40,258 nucleotides of DNA from Eubacteriales bacterium (GTDB taxonomy: Bacteria > Bacillota > Clostridia > Oscillospirales > CAG-272), in NCBI GenBank assembly GCA_045631585.1, contig JAZQUX010000102.1, forward strand, positions 1 through 40,258, written 5' to 3'. The notes below the pieces were generated by a model, which ran no database searches, was not told the DNA's origin, and saw only the letters and a list, made by a program, of their open reading frames with translations. Below are positions 17,003 through 27,326 of this stretch, piece by piece (the stretch's first letter is position 1; each line of letters begins with the position of its first letter). The translations under genes were made by a program, and so were the position numbers.

Positions 17003-17866
17003 ATGAATCTTGCACCATACCTCAACGATTACGGCATTGATCTTTCGGGTGTCCTTCCCCTGTCGGCCTGCCACTTCCGCAAGCCTTATTTGTTGGAGCG
17101 CGAGGGCATCGACATCTCCAATCCCGATGCACTGTCTGTCCTTTTGTTTGCGGTTCCATATCTGAGCGAAATCGCCGATCAAGACAATCGCAATCTTTCG
17201 GCGTACGCTGTCTGCCGCGATTATCATTTCTTTTTCTCGCAGCTGTACGATGATCTGCTCTCCCGTCTGAGAACGGATTTCCCCGCCCACCAATTTGCCG
17301 CGTTTGTCGATCATTCTCCCATCGACGAAATCAGCGCCGCCATCGATTGCGGACTGGGCGTACGAGGCAAAAACCATCTGTTGCTAACCAACCGATATTC
17401 GTCCTACGTATTCTTGGGTGAAATCATTACCACGCTTCCCTTGACCCCCACACCATCGCCCATTCCGCCCCATCAGCGGGTATGTCACAACTGCAACGCC
17501 TGCCAAAAAGCCTGTCCTATGGCAAAAGAGGGCGGTATGTGCCGCTCGGCGCTGACACAAAAGAAAGATCCTCTGACGGAAGAAGAACGCAACCTTCTTT
17601 TGAACTTTCCATCGGTTTGGGGGTGTGATATTTGCCAAGAAGTCTGTCCTTATACCACCTCTGCCCGTAACCGAGGCACCATTTACACAAGCATTCCGTT
17701 TTTCAAGCAACAGGCGATTGCCCATCTGTCACTCCCCACTCTGGACGGCATGGATGAGGATACCTTCGCCGCCCGAGCCTATGCTTGGCGTGGACGAAAC
17801 ACCATTCGTCGCAACCTTTTACTGAAACAAACCAACGACAGCCCGAAGGAGGAACTATCATGCTGA
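17003..17866 (+). CDS. Epoxyqueuosine reductase QueG-like 4Fe-4S protein (short form)
   Basis: Two ferredoxin-type motifs, CHNCNACQKACP and WGCDICQEVCPY, after a DUF1730-like N-terminal part. At 287 aa it is shorter than the B. subtilis QueG I remember (about 380 aa). Its stop overlaps the addB start. Confidence 0.6.
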   Translation: MNLAPYLNDYGIDLSGVLPLSACHFRKPYLLEREGIDISNPDALSVLLFAVPYLSEIADQDNRNLSAYAVCRDYHFFFSQLYDDLLSRLRTDFPAHQFAAFVDHSPIDEISAAIDCGLGVRGKNHLLLTNRYSSYVFLGEIITTLPLTPTPSPIPPHQRVCHNCNACQKACPMAKEGGMCRSALTQKKDPLTEEERNLLLNFPSVWGCDICQEVCPYTTSARNRGTIYTSIPFFKQQAIAHLSLPTLDGMDEDTFAARAYAWRGRNTIRRNLLLKQTNDSPKEELSC

Positions 17867-20800
17867 ATGTGATTTTAGGCGGTGCAGGAAGCGGAAAGTC
17901 AACATTGCTGACCGAACGTATTGCCCGTGATGTTGAGCAGGGGCGTCCCGCTTGGTTGATCATTCCCGAACAGCAAGCCAACCTCAGCGAGCGAACCATT
18001 CTCCCCCAACTGCCCGCCGGTGCCGGCCTTTCGTTCCGCGTGGCCGGTTTCAGCCGTTTGGCCAAGGAAGTCGCGGAAGCCTGCGGCAGTCCCGCGGCAC
18101 TCCCCCTCTCCCCTGCGCTCAAATCTCTGTTTATGTGGCAAAATTTACGTGAGATGAACGGACTGTTGCAACAATACAGCGCCGTCTCTTTGCGTTCGGA
18201 CGCACACCTGACCTCACTTTTGCTCAAAACCATTGGTGAACTGCAACAAAACGCCATTACACCAACCATGCTGGACAATGGCGCGGCTCGCCTGGACAAG
18301 GACAATCCGCTGAGAAACAAGCTGGCAGACCTTTCCCTTTTGTATACCGCCTATGAGAATATGCTCTCCCAAGCCTACGACGGCGACGCCTACGACGAAG
18401 TGGCACAGCTGGCGCGCCTGTTGGAAAAGCATCCGTATTTTGCCGGTGGAAATATTTACATCGATTCGTTCACCAGCTTCACAGCGGAAGAGATGGACGT
18501 TTTGCGCATCATGCTTCGTCAGGCCAATTCCGTTACCATCACGCTGTGCTTAGACAAGACGCTGGCAGATCAGCCTTGCATGGATAGTCTTGGCGAGACC
18601 TATCACCGCCTGCTCGATTTGTGCGACAACGATCCGGCCAATTACACAGTGACCCTCTTGGATCAAAATCATCGTGCGGCAACGGCAGAGCTGAAACTGT
18701 TGGAACGCCATTTTTGGAATCTTGGCCTGACAGAGCAGCACCTTCCCTCAATTCCCGAGGAAGAACGCGGAAATATCACCATGCTTCGTTGCACCAACCT
18801 GTACGCCGAAGCCGAAGCAACCGCGTTGCACATTCTCGACCTGGTTCATCAAGGTTACCGCTACGGAGACATTGCCGTCATCGTCCGTGATACCACGGTT
18901 TATCGTGGCATACTGGATGCAGCCATGGAGCGCTATGGCATCCCGTTTTATTTCTCCGAAAAAACCGCCCTGTCGCAGCAGCCGTTGGCGAGATTGCTGC
19001 TCAGCGCCCTGCGCGCCGTGGTTTACGGTTGGCAAACGCAGGATATTCTTTCGATGCTGAAAACGGGACTATGTCCCCTGCCTTATGACAAAATCGACCA
19101 CTTTGAACAATACGTTTCCACATGGAATATCTCGGGCGGTGCCTTCACTGCCCCCACGTGGACAAGAAATCCCGACGGATATACCGAACATATCTCTGAG
19201 CGCGGCCGCCGCATCCTCCAAGATGCCAACGACGTGCGCGAGACCATCATGACACCGCTGTTGCGTTTGTATTCTGCGACCTCGGGACAGCGCCCTCTGC
19301 CCGAACTTTGTGCGGCTCTGTATGACCTGACCAAACAGTTGTCGCTTTCGGACGGCTGTGCCGCCTTGGCAGAACAAGAACTCGCTGCGGGTTATCTGAA
19401 GCAAGCGGGAGAGACCATCCGTGTCTACGATACGGTGTTGGAAACCTTGACTCGCATCGCATCGCTCCTGCCCGATGCCGTCATGGATGCTGAAGAATTT
19501 TGCACGGTATTGTCCATGATGTTCGACCAGACGGAAATCGCTTCCGTCCCCTCCTTGCACGACAGTGTTACCATCGGCGGTGCCGACACGTTGCGTGTTG
19601 AGCATATCTCCGCTTCCTTCCTGCTCGGACTAAACGAAGGGGAATTTCCCAAGGCCATCTCCGACGAAGGCTTGCTCCGAGATGACGAAAAGCAGCAGCT
19701 GTGCGACGTGGGCATCCGTTTGGATAGCCGAAGCGAATGGCGAGCGGCCAACGAACTGCTGTTTGTATGGCGAGCTATGACCAAGCCTTCGCATAAACTG
19801 TTCGCCTCCACGCTACTGGTTGCCGTCGACGGCAAGGACAAATCCCCCTCGGTTGCATATCAGCGGCTTCTGTTTCTGTTCCCTTACCTGAAAAACACCA
19901 TTCGCTATTTTGATCTTTCCATGATCGCCCCCGCCACCGCCATCACAGACGACGATGACAACGATGAGGAAGACGACACCACCGAGAAAAACACCGCCGC
20001 AGAGGGTGATGGATTATATCAGCCGCAAGCACCGAGCGAGTATGATTTGAAGCCCGAAGTGCTCTCTCGCTGTTTCTCGGATAAGGCATTGCATCTGTAC
20101 CAAACCGGCATTCAAAAGTTCGTGCTTTGTCCTTACAGCTATTACTGCAGTACCTTCCTTTCTCCTCGCAAACGAGAACTTGCGCGAATTGACTATTCCG
20201 ACAGCGGCACCTTCTTACACTATCTGTTAGAACAATTTTTGCGTCATTGTCTGGATCATGACGGTCAACTGCACCTGCCGAGGGAGGATGAGGTAGAGCC
20301 GATGGCCGACCGCTTGGTCAATGACTACGTATCGCAAATTCCGGGCATTACCACCGAGGATTTGCGCACGCTTCACATCTTCCGCCGTCTGCGCGCGCTG
20401 GCGCTGGTTCTGTTACGGGACATCCTGTACGAATTGTCCCACAGCCGCTTTACCCCCAAAAATTTCGAGCTCAAAATCGGCGGCAATCATCCCGATGCCC
20501 CCGCCTACTATAACATTCCTTTGGATGACGGCTATCACATTTTGCTGGGCGGCACCATCGACCGCGTAGACTTCTTTCGACGCGGCGATGACATTTATCT
20601 GCGAGTCATTGATTACAAGAGCAGCGCTCACACCATCTCGCTGGACGACCTTCGCCATGGCATGAATCTTCAGTTGTTCATTTACCTGTTCACACTTTGT
20701 CATTCCCAAAAGGCCCTGCCTGCAGGAGCGTTGTATGTTGCTACCAGCGAAAGCGACGGAAAGCCTCGCGCTTCTCGCGCGGGACTGCTCGTTGACGATG

Positions 20801-21066
20801 AGGACATTCTCACCGCCATGAATGACGAGTGGAAGCCGGAATATCTCGCCGGTATCACTCGCAAGAGCGACGGAACCTTGAAAGGAAGCGCCTTGACTTC
20901 CCCCGAGGTATTGGCGCAACTGGAAGCAGACGTCAAAGAAACTCTCCGCCGTATCGGCACCGATATGTTGCGTGGCCGCGCCGCGCGCACGCCCAGCGCC
21001 GACGCCTGCCGTTTTTGCGATGTCAAGAGCGGTTGTCCTGTCGCAGTTAAACCCAAAAAGTACTAA
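17860..21066 (+). CDS. addB: ATP-dependent helicase/nuclease subunit B
   Basis: MLNVILGGAGSGKST Walker A. C-terminal RecB-type nuclease with Fe-S cysteines (FVLCPYSYY ... CRFCDVKSGC). Start moved to ATG 17860 (AGGAGG upstream). The track start 17785 lies inside the queG-like gene. Confidence 0.9.
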   Translation: MLNVILGGAGSGKSTLLTERIARDVEQGRPAWLIIPEQQANLSERTILPQLPAGAGLSFRVAGFSRLAKEVAEACGSPAALPLSPALKSLFMWQNLREMNGLLQQYSAVSLRSDAHLTSLLLKTIGELQQNAITPTMLDNGAARLDKDNPLRNKLADLSLLYTAYENMLSQAYDGDAYDEVAQLARLLEKHPYFAGGNIYIDSFTSFTAEEMDVLRIMLRQANSVTITLCLDKTLADQPCMDSLGETYHRLLDLCDNDPANYTVTLLDQNHRAATAELKLLERHFWNLGLTEQHLPSIPEEERGNITMLRCTNLYAEAEATALHILDLVHQGYRYGDIAVIVRDTTVYRGILDAAMERYGIPFYFSEKTALSQQPLARLLLSALRAVVYGWQTQDILSMLKTGLCPLPYDKIDHFEQYVSTWNISGGAFTAPTWTRNPDGYTEHISERGRRILQDANDVRETIMTPLLRLYSATSGQRPLPELCAALYDLTKQLSLSDGCAALAEQELAAGYLKQAGETIRVYDTVLETLTRIASLLPDAVMDAEEFCTVLSMMFDQTEIASVPSLHDSVTIGGADTLRVEHISASFLLGLNEGEFPKAISDEGLLRDDEKQQLCDVGIRLDSRSEWRAANELLFVWRAMTKPSHKLFASTLLVAVDGKDKSPSVAYQRLLFLFPYLKNTIRYFDLSMIAPATAITDDDDNDEEDDTTEKNTAAEGDGLYQPQAPSEYDLKPEVLSRCFSDKALHLYQTGIQKFVLCPYSYYCSTFLSPRKRELARIDYSDSGTFLHYLLEQFLRHCLDHDGQLHLPREDEVEPMADRLVNDYVSQIPGITTEDLRTLHIFRRLRALALVLLRDILYELSHSRFTPKNFELKIGGNHPDAPAYYNIPLDDGYHILLGGTIDRVDFFRRGDDIYLRVIDYKSSAHTISLDDLRHGMNLQLFIYLFTLCHSQKALPAGALYVATSESDGKPRASRAGLLVDDEDILTAMNDEWKPEYLAGITRKSDGTLKGSALTSPEVLAQLEADVKETLRRIGTDMLRGRAARTPSADACRFCDVKSGCPVAVKPKKY

Positions 21067-21080
21067 AGGAGGTCAACGAT

Positions 21081-24000
21081 ATGCCAACCTGGACACCGGC
21101 GCAACAATGCGCCATGAATCTGCGCGGCCGCGACATTTTGGTATCTGCCGCCGCAGGCTCGGGAAAAACCGCTACGTTGACCGAGCGCATCATCCAAACG
21201 CTACTGGAAACAGATGAAAGCGGCCATCACACCGCCGATATTTCCCGTATGCTGATTGTAACCTTCACCCGCGCCGCCGCGGCAGAATTGCGATCCCGCA
21301 TTTCCTCGGCTCTCTCGGAAGCCATCGCCGCGCACCCCGATGATCGCTATCTGTACCGCCAGTTGGTCGCCTTGGGAAGCGCCAACATCTGCACCATCGA
21401 CTCGTTCTACCTTCAACCTGTCAAAGCTAATTTCGAACAGTTGGGACTCCCCTCCTCGTTTCGTTTGGCCGACGACAATGAATTACTCCCCCTCAAAGAG
21501 CAAATCCTCAATCGCTTGATCGAGCAACACTATGAAGCAGCGCGCCAAGCAGGAAATGCCTCCATCACCCCGGACGCGCTGAACGGCAACGCATTCGCTC
21601 GCGTGATGGACGATCTGCTGCCCAACCGAGATCGCGGTGACACCGCCGCCATATTGCTCGGGCTGTATGAAAAATTGCTCAATTTCCCCGAGGGATTGGA
21701 GCTGTTGCGCCAAGGCGCAGAGCGCCTGAAGACGCAGGCAAATCAAGACTTTGCCACCACCACCGAGGGAAAGATCATCACCGATGCCGTACGCGAAGAG
21801 TTGGAATATGACCTTGCGCTGTTGCAACCCATGTGCGAACCTTTGATGGCAGATGACAAGCTGAAAAACACCCATCTTCCCTCGTTCCAACACGACATTG
21901 AAACCGCTCAGAACATTTTGAAGCATTTGGATGCCGGCAACTGGGCCGACGCTGCCCTCGTGGCCAATGCATACGCCCCCGTTGATCTTGGCAAGGTGAA
22001 TAAAATATCGGACATCCTCCCTGAATGGAAGGACATGAAAAAGGTGCGAGACAGCATTGTCGCCAAGCTCAAAACACTCGGCAAACGCTATTTTGCACAA
22101 TCGGTCAGCGAAATCAAGGAGCAACTGCTCCATACCGCCGCCACACAGCGGATGCTTCATACGCTATTGAGCGACTACGATTCGGTCATCCGCGAGCAAA
22201 AAATCCGCCGCGGCGTCCTGGATTTTGCCGATATCCGTCGTTATCTGTTGCAGTTGCTTCTGGATGAGAATGGCGTTCCTACCCCGCTGGCTCACTCGCT
22301 GTCCGACCGTTTTGACACCGTCTACATCGATGAATACCAAGACGTTGACACGGTACAAGACCGCATCTTTGCCACTATTGGCATGGGCGGCAAGAGATTC
22401 ATGGTCGGTGATATCAAGCAGAGCATTTATACGTTCCGCGGGGCTGAGCCGTCAATCTTCACGGAGTACAGAAAGAAATTTACTCCCGTGGAAAAGGTGG
22501 AAGATGCCCCCGGCGATCCCGGAAAGGGCGTTTGCGTATTCATGTCGGAAAATTTCCGCTGTGACCGCGCAATTATTACATTCACCAATGTCGTTTGCGA
22601 CCATACCTTCCGCGTCTGTACTGAGTCACTCGATTATCAAAAAGCAGATCAGCTCATTTACAGCAAGGACGAGCACCGTCCGCACCACAAGGTCAACGTG
22701 GTTCTGTTGGAAACGCCTCCCGCGGCACAGCGCCTGCCGGATCCCGATCCTGCCACAGCCATACGCCCCGAGGCCGTCTATATTGCCGATGAGATTGCTC
22801 GTTTGATCCGTGAGGAAACGCACATCAACGGCGCTCCCATCCGGGCCAAAGATATCGCCATTCTGTTGCGCGGCATGGGATCTGCCGCAAGCATCAGCCA
22901 AGCGTTGCAAGCGCACGGCATTCGTGCCACCTTCGCCAGCGAAAGCAACCAAGCGACAAGTGCGGATACCGCTTTGCTGCTCAACTTGCTATCCGTCATC
23001 GACAATCCCCGCGATGACGTTCCCCTGACCGGCTTGTTGACGTCAGAGGGTTCTCCTTTTACGCTGTCCGACCTGATTTCGCTCCGTCGCGCAGACCATG
23101 CAACCTCTCTTTACGATGACCTGCTTCATGCCGCCGAGCACCCCGAGGGATATGATTCGCATTTGATCCATCGCCTTCGCGCCTTTTTGTCCCGCGTCGA
23201 TCATTGGCGCGCGTTGGCGTCAACCCTCCCTGTCGATCGCTTGCTTCGCACCTTGTCGAGCGAGCCCTTCTTGGCAGACAAGACGACCTCTCCCGCCTAT
23301 TTGACGCTGTATGACAAAGCTCTGTCCTACCAAGCCTCGTCTTTCTGCGGTCTGTATCAGTTCATGCAGTATATCCGCCGTCTGTTGGAAACGAAGGATG
23401 GACTGAAAGCCGCAGGTCTACAGGGCAGTGACGATGCCGTCTCCATCATGACCATCCACAAATCCAAAGGATTGCAGTTCCCGATTGTGTTTGTCGCAGG
23501 ATGCTCCACCACGTTCAACACCAGTGACACAAGCGCGACCCTCATGTTCGATCACAACATCGGAACGGCCGCCAAAATTTATCATCCCGAGACGGCGGAA
23601 TTGAAAGAGACCGTCACCCGCCGAGCCATCGCCCGACAACTGAAAACCCGCAGTACCGAAGAAGAAATGCGATTGCTCTACGTTGCCCTAACTCGCGCGC
23701 AAGAGCGGCTGTATGTAACGGCGAAGCTGAAAGGTTACGCTGACAATGCCAAAGACAAAGCACGCGTTTTGGGCGGTCATTGCCGTTATTCGGTGATGGC
23801 ATCCACCAGTTATCTCGATTGGATTCTTGCCGCGCTGTCGCCGCATGGAGACGCCGAGCATCCGCTTTGGAGCGTCAACGTACTCAACGCCGACGACTAC
23901 CGCCACCCCCACGTCGCCGAACAAACGAAAAACGACAACGCCTCGCTGAATGCCGTAGCGGTGCATGAGGCCACCGTCAATGAATATCAAGCCATCATCG

Positions 24001-24809
24001 AGGCTCATAAAACCTATTCGGATCCTCGCGCGTTGTTGCGAACGTTGCCCACCAAGGCAGCCGCGTCCAAATTGCGGGTAGCGATGCTGGACGGCACTTG
24101 GTTCCCCGAAGAATTCGAGGAAACCGATGCCAACAAGCGGCGCGAACCCGACTCAGTCGGCCACGGCGCGGATGCAGAAGAGATGATCCGCCACCGCATC
24201 GAATGGATGCGGCGTAAACCCAAGCCGTTTGACGAGCTGGTAAGCGAAAACGGAAAAGCCACCGCTGCCGAACGCGGAACGGCCACGCATCTGTTTTTAC
24301 AGCTCTGTGACTTTACCCGCCTGTGCGAAGAAACCGTGGAAAGCGAAATCACTCGCCTGACGGACGCCCGTCTGCTCCCCACGCGCGCCGCTGATATTTT
24401 GCATCGTGACCAGCTATCGGCCCTTTGCCGCAGCGAATTGCTCCCTTTGTGCAAACGCGCCCGCCGCTTGTGGAGAGAACAGCATTTCGACCGTTTTATC
24501 CCGTACGCTACCCTGACAGAAAATCAAACGCTGGCGAAGCAGTTAGAGGATTATACGTTGTACGTACAAGGCTCTATCGATCTGATTGTCGAGGATGAGG
24601 ACGGAACATTGTGGCTGTTGGACTACAAAACCGACCGCTTGCGCAATGAAAAATCGCTCTCCTTGAAGGATCAGATGTTGGCTGACCATGCCGACCAGTT
24701 GCGTATTTACGCAGATGCGGTTGAGGAGTTATTCGGCCGCCGTCCCGATCACATCGGTATTTACTCTTTGTCGCAAGGATGCATCGTCGATCTGACGCGC
24801 GACCTTTAA
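21081..24809 (+). CDS. addA: ATP-dependent helicase/nuclease subunit A (UvrD/PcrA-like helicase plus RecB nuclease)
   Basis: VSAAAGSGKT, YIDEYQDV, FRCDRAI, TIHKSKGLQFP, YVALTRAQERL, and C-terminal GSIDLI...LLDYKTD. Confidence 0.93.
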   Translation: MPTWTPAQQCAMNLRGRDILVSAAAGSGKTATLTERIIQTLLETDESGHHTADISRMLIVTFTRAAAAELRSRISSALSEAIAAHPDDRYLYRQLVALGSANICTIDSFYLQPVKANFEQLGLPSSFRLADDNELLPLKEQILNRLIEQHYEAARQAGNASITPDALNGNAFARVMDDLLPNRDRGDTAAILLGLYEKLLNFPEGLELLRQGAERLKTQANQDFATTTEGKIITDAVREELEYDLALLQPMCEPLMADDKLKNTHLPSFQHDIETAQNILKHLDAGNWADAALVANAYAPVDLGKVNKISDILPEWKDMKKVRDSIVAKLKTLGKRYFAQSVSEIKEQLLHTAATQRMLHTLLSDYDSVIREQKIRRGVLDFADIRRYLLQLLLDENGVPTPLAHSLSDRFDTVYIDEYQDVDTVQDRIFATIGMGGKRFMVGDIKQSIYTFRGAEPSIFTEYRKKFTPVEKVEDAPGDPGKGVCVFMSENFRCDRAIITFTNVVCDHTFRVCTESLDYQKADQLIYSKDEHRPHHKVNVVLLETPPAAQRLPDPDPATAIRPEAVYIADEIARLIREETHINGAPIRAKDIAILLRGMGSAASISQALQAHGIRATFASESNQATSADTALLLNLLSVIDNPRDDVPLTGLLTSEGSPFTLSDLISLRRADHATSLYDDLLHAAEHPEGYDSHLIHRLRAFLSRVDHWRALASTLPVDRLLRTLSSEPFLADKTTSPAYLTLYDKALSYQASSFCGLYQFMQYIRRLLETKDGLKAAGLQGSDDAVSIMTIHKSKGLQFPIVFVAGCSTTFNTSDTSATLMFDHNIGTAAKIYHPETAELKETVTRRAIARQLKTRSTEEEMRLLYVALTRAQERLYVTAKLKGYADNAKDKARVLGGHCRYSVMASTSYLDWILAALSPHGDAEHPLWSVNVLNADDYRHPHVAEQTKNDNASLNAVAVHEATVNEYQAIIEAHKTYSDPRALLRTLPTKAAASKLRVAMLDGTWFPEEFEETDANKRREPDSVGHGADAEEMIRHRIEWMRRKPKPFDELVSENGKATAAERGTATHLFLQLCDFTRLCEETVESEITRLTDARLLPTRAADILHRDQLSALCRSELLPLCKRARRLWREQHFDRFIPYATLTENQTLAKQLEDYTLYVQGSIDLIVEDEDGTLWLLDYKTDRLRNEKSLSLKDQMLADHADQLRIYADAVEELFGRRPDHIGIYSLSQGCIVDLTRDL

Positions 24810-24841
24810 TCATCATATAACCATTAAATTTAGAGGTATTT

Positions 24842-25780
24842 ATGCAATTTCTTTATTGGTTAGAATCCATCCGTCATCCCATTTTGGATGCCATCATGTC
24901 CGGCATTACCATGTTGGGTGAGGAAACCTTCTTCCTTGCCATCGCTCTGTTCATCTTTTGGTGCTTAGACAAAAAGCGCGGCTATTTGTTTATGATGGTC
25001 GGCTTTATCGGTATCATGATCAACCAAATTCTCAAGTTAATCTTCCGTATTCCCCGTCCCTGGGTCAAGGATCCCAACTTTACGGTCGTCGGCGGAGCCA
25101 TGGAAGAGGCCACCGGCTATTCTTTCCCCAGCGGACATACGCAGAATGCCGTTGACACCTTCGGTTGCACCGCTCGCATGGTCAAGCGTCCCTGGATTCG
25201 CATCGGCTTTGTCGTTTTGATCTTGTTGATTGCTTTTTCTCGTATGTACCTTGGCGTACACACCCTGCTGGACGTCGGCGTTTCTTTGCTGATCGGCGCC
25301 GTACTGATTTTGGTTGTCTATCCTTTGTTGGAGCGCCTGTTCCAGAAGGACTCCCGTATCTTTTGGGCTCTTTGCGCCACAGCGCTGCTTTCCGTAGCAC
25401 TCGTCATCTACACCGAATGCTTCCCCTTCCCTGCGGACATAACCGCTGAGAATCTTGCTTCCGGTCAAAAGAATGCCTACACCATGCTGGGTTGTTCGCT
25501 TGGTCTGATCGCCTCCTTCTTGGTTGACCACAAATGGCTGCACTTCAAAAACGAGGCGCCTGTATGGGGACAAATCGGCAAATTGGCAGTCGGTGCAGGT
25601 CTTGCCATCGCCATCAAATCCCTCCTCAAGACTCCGCTGTTGACTCTATTTGGCGGTCACGCCTCGGCTACGGCACTGCGATATTTCCTTGTGGTTGTTT
25701 TCGCGGGCATCCTTTGGCCCCTGTCCTTCTCCCTCTGGGCCAAGGTGGGCAAAAAGGGCTCCGGCAACAAAAAAGCTTGA
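24842..25780 (+). CDS. PAP2-family membrane phosphatase with extra C-terminal TM segments
   Basis: KxxxxxxRP-like FRIPRPW, then PSGHT, then SRMYLGVHTLLDV. Confidence 0.8.
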   Translation: MQFLYWLESIRHPILDAIMSGITMLGEETFFLAIALFIFWCLDKKRGYLFMMVGFIGIMINQILKLIFRIPRPWVKDPNFTVVGGAMEEATGYSFPSGHTQNAVDTFGCTARMVKRPWIRIGFVVLILLIAFSRMYLGVHTLLDVGVSLLIGAVLILVVYPLLERLFQKDSRIFWALCATALLSVALVIYTECFPFPADITAENLASGQKNAYTMLGCSLGLIASFLVDHKWLHFKNEAPVWGQIGKLAVGAGLAIAIKSLLKTPLLTLFGGHASATALRYFLVVVFAGILWPLSFSLWAKVGKKGSGNKKA

Positions 25781-25851
25781 CAATACTCTTGATTTCTGTT
25801 ACAATGGTGCGGTCGGCGCGCATAAAATGGCCGACATAGAAAGGTTATGTC

Positions 25852-26454
25852 ATGGGATTGATTGAAATCTTTTTGACCGGCGTGGGGCTCTCCATGGACG
25901 CATTCGCCGTGTCGATCTGCCGCGGACTTCAAATGCGCCGAAAAGTAAATTGGCGCCATCTTCTCATCATTGCTGCTTTCTTTGGAGGATTTCAGGCATT
26001 GATGCCCGCCATCGGCTATCTCCTTGGCAGTCAGTTTAAGGATTATATTGTTGCCGTTGATCATTGGATCGCCTTTGGTCTTTTGGTCTTTATCGGAGGA
26101 AAGATGGTATTTGATGTCATCGGAGATATCCGTAAGGAGCGAGGAGGGTGTCCTTGCTGTGAACAGAAAGCCGAGGAAGAACGCCTGGATGTCAAAAACA
26201 TCGCTCTGATGGCTGTCGCTACCAGCATCGACGCCTTGGCCATCGGTATCACCTTCGCCTTTTTGGAGGTCAATCTTTTGTTGGCCGTGGCTGTCATCGG
26301 CATCACCACCTTCCTTTTGTGTGCTTTGGGCGTTTTGGTCGGGCACAAATTCGGCGCACGATTTAAAAACAAAGCATCGTTGGCCGGCGGCATCGTACTC
26401 ATTCTCATCGGCGCCAAGATCCTTTTGGAGCACCTTGGCATTCTCGTGCTCTGA
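25852..26454 (+). CDS. mntP: Manganese efflux pump MntP
   Basis: LSMDAFAVSI ... HWIAFGLLVFIGGKM ... SIDALAIGITFA, duplicated DUF204-type halves. Confidence 0.85.
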   Translation: MGLIEIFLTGVGLSMDAFAVSICRGLQMRRKVNWRHLLIIAAFFGGFQALMPAIGYLLGSQFKDYIVAVDHWIAFGLLVFIGGKMVFDVIGDIRKERGGCPCCEQKAEEERLDVKNIALMAVATSIDALAIGITFAFLEVNLLLAVAVIGITTFLLCALGVLVGHKFGARFKNKASLAGGIVLILIGAKILLEHLGILVL

Positions 26455-26478
26455 GGCACGGTAGAAAGGAACATTGAT

Positions 26479-27255
26479 ATGCTTCACATTCTTGCGCTTG
26501 GTGACATTGTCGGCACCCGCGCCATTGAACGCTTGAAAACGTCGCTGTGGCAGAAACGCAAAGAGCTGAACGTTGATTTCGTGGTAGCCAATGGCGAAAA
26601 CGCCACCGATATCCATGGTCTTGGGGTGCGCGACGCCAAAGCTATCTTAGACAGCGGTGTTGATTTGATCACGCTGGGCAACCACACATACACCATGCGC
26701 GATTTGCACGCGTTTTTGGACAGCAACCCCAACGACATTATCCGCCCCGCCAACTATCCCCCCGCCGCTCCCGGATGTGGTTACACCATCCGTGACATCT
26801 GCGGCTGGCGCGCTCTGTGCATCAACGTCAACGGCACCACCTTTATGGAGCCACTTGACAGCCCCTTTGAAGCGGTCGAGCGTATTCTGGCACGGGAACG
26901 TGGGAACTACGACCTTTCCCTATTGGACGTACACGCCGAAGCAACCTCTGAAAAATTGGCCATGGCACACGCCTTTGATGGTCGCATTGATATCATATTC
27001 GGCACACATACTCACGTTCCAACGGCGGATGAGTGCATTCTCCCGCGCGGCACGGCCTATATCACAGACCTCGGCATGACAGGACCCGTCCATAGCATCC
27101 TCGGCACAAAAATTGAAGCGGTGTTGACCAAAATGCGCCACCACCTGCCGGCGCATTTTACTGTAGCAGACGGAGACATCGCGGTTCATGGTGCCCTGTT
27201 CGCTTGGGATCCTGCCTCCAAAACGTGCACCTCTGTCAAACGCATTAAATTCTAA
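26479..27255 (+). CDS. ymdB: YmdB-family metallophosphoesterase (2',3'-cyclic-nucleotide phosphodiesterase)
   Basis: ILALGDIVG...DFVVANGENA...LGNH...DVHAEATSEK...FGTHTHVPTAD. Confidence 0.88.
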   Translation: MLHILALGDIVGTRAIERLKTSLWQKRKELNVDFVVANGENATDIHGLGVRDAKAILDSGVDLITLGNHTYTMRDLHAFLDSNPNDIIRPANYPPAAPGCGYTIRDICGWRALCINVNGTTFMEPLDSPFEAVERILARERGNYDLSLLDVHAEATSEKLAMAHAFDGRIDIIFGTHTHVPTADECILPRGTAYITDLGMTGPVHSILGTKIEAVLTKMRHHLPAHFTVADGDIAVHGALFAWDPASKTCTSVKRIKF

Positions 27256-27265
27256 ATTCAATCAT

Positions 27266-27316
27266 AAAAAGCGTACGGAGATCCCGTGGGGATCTCCGTA
27301 CGCTTTATGTTTTTTA
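27266..27316. terminator. Bidirectional terminator between ymdB and the zinc-ribbon membrane protein gene
   Basis: 15-bp perfect stem gcgtacggagatccc / gggatctccgtacgc (27271-27303), with an A run on the left and tttatgtttttt on the right. Confidence 0.85.
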
Positions 27317-27326
27317 TGTTGTTAAA

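Noticed and set aside
25781-25851. Looked for a yybP-ykoY (Mn2+) riboswitch upstream of mntP.
   Set aside because: Only about 70 bp separate mntP from the PAP2 gene. That is too short for the riboswitch, and only a simple gtcggc/gccgac hairpin and a TGtTACAAT extended -10 are visible.
16788-27320. The 10.5-kb plus-strand block (queG-like to ymdB) considered as an inserted island or inversion.
   Set aside because: All its genes are core housekeeping with GC similar to the flanks. No integrase, tRNA, direct repeats or IS ends were seen at the boundaries, which are an ordinary divergent promoter region and a convergent terminator.
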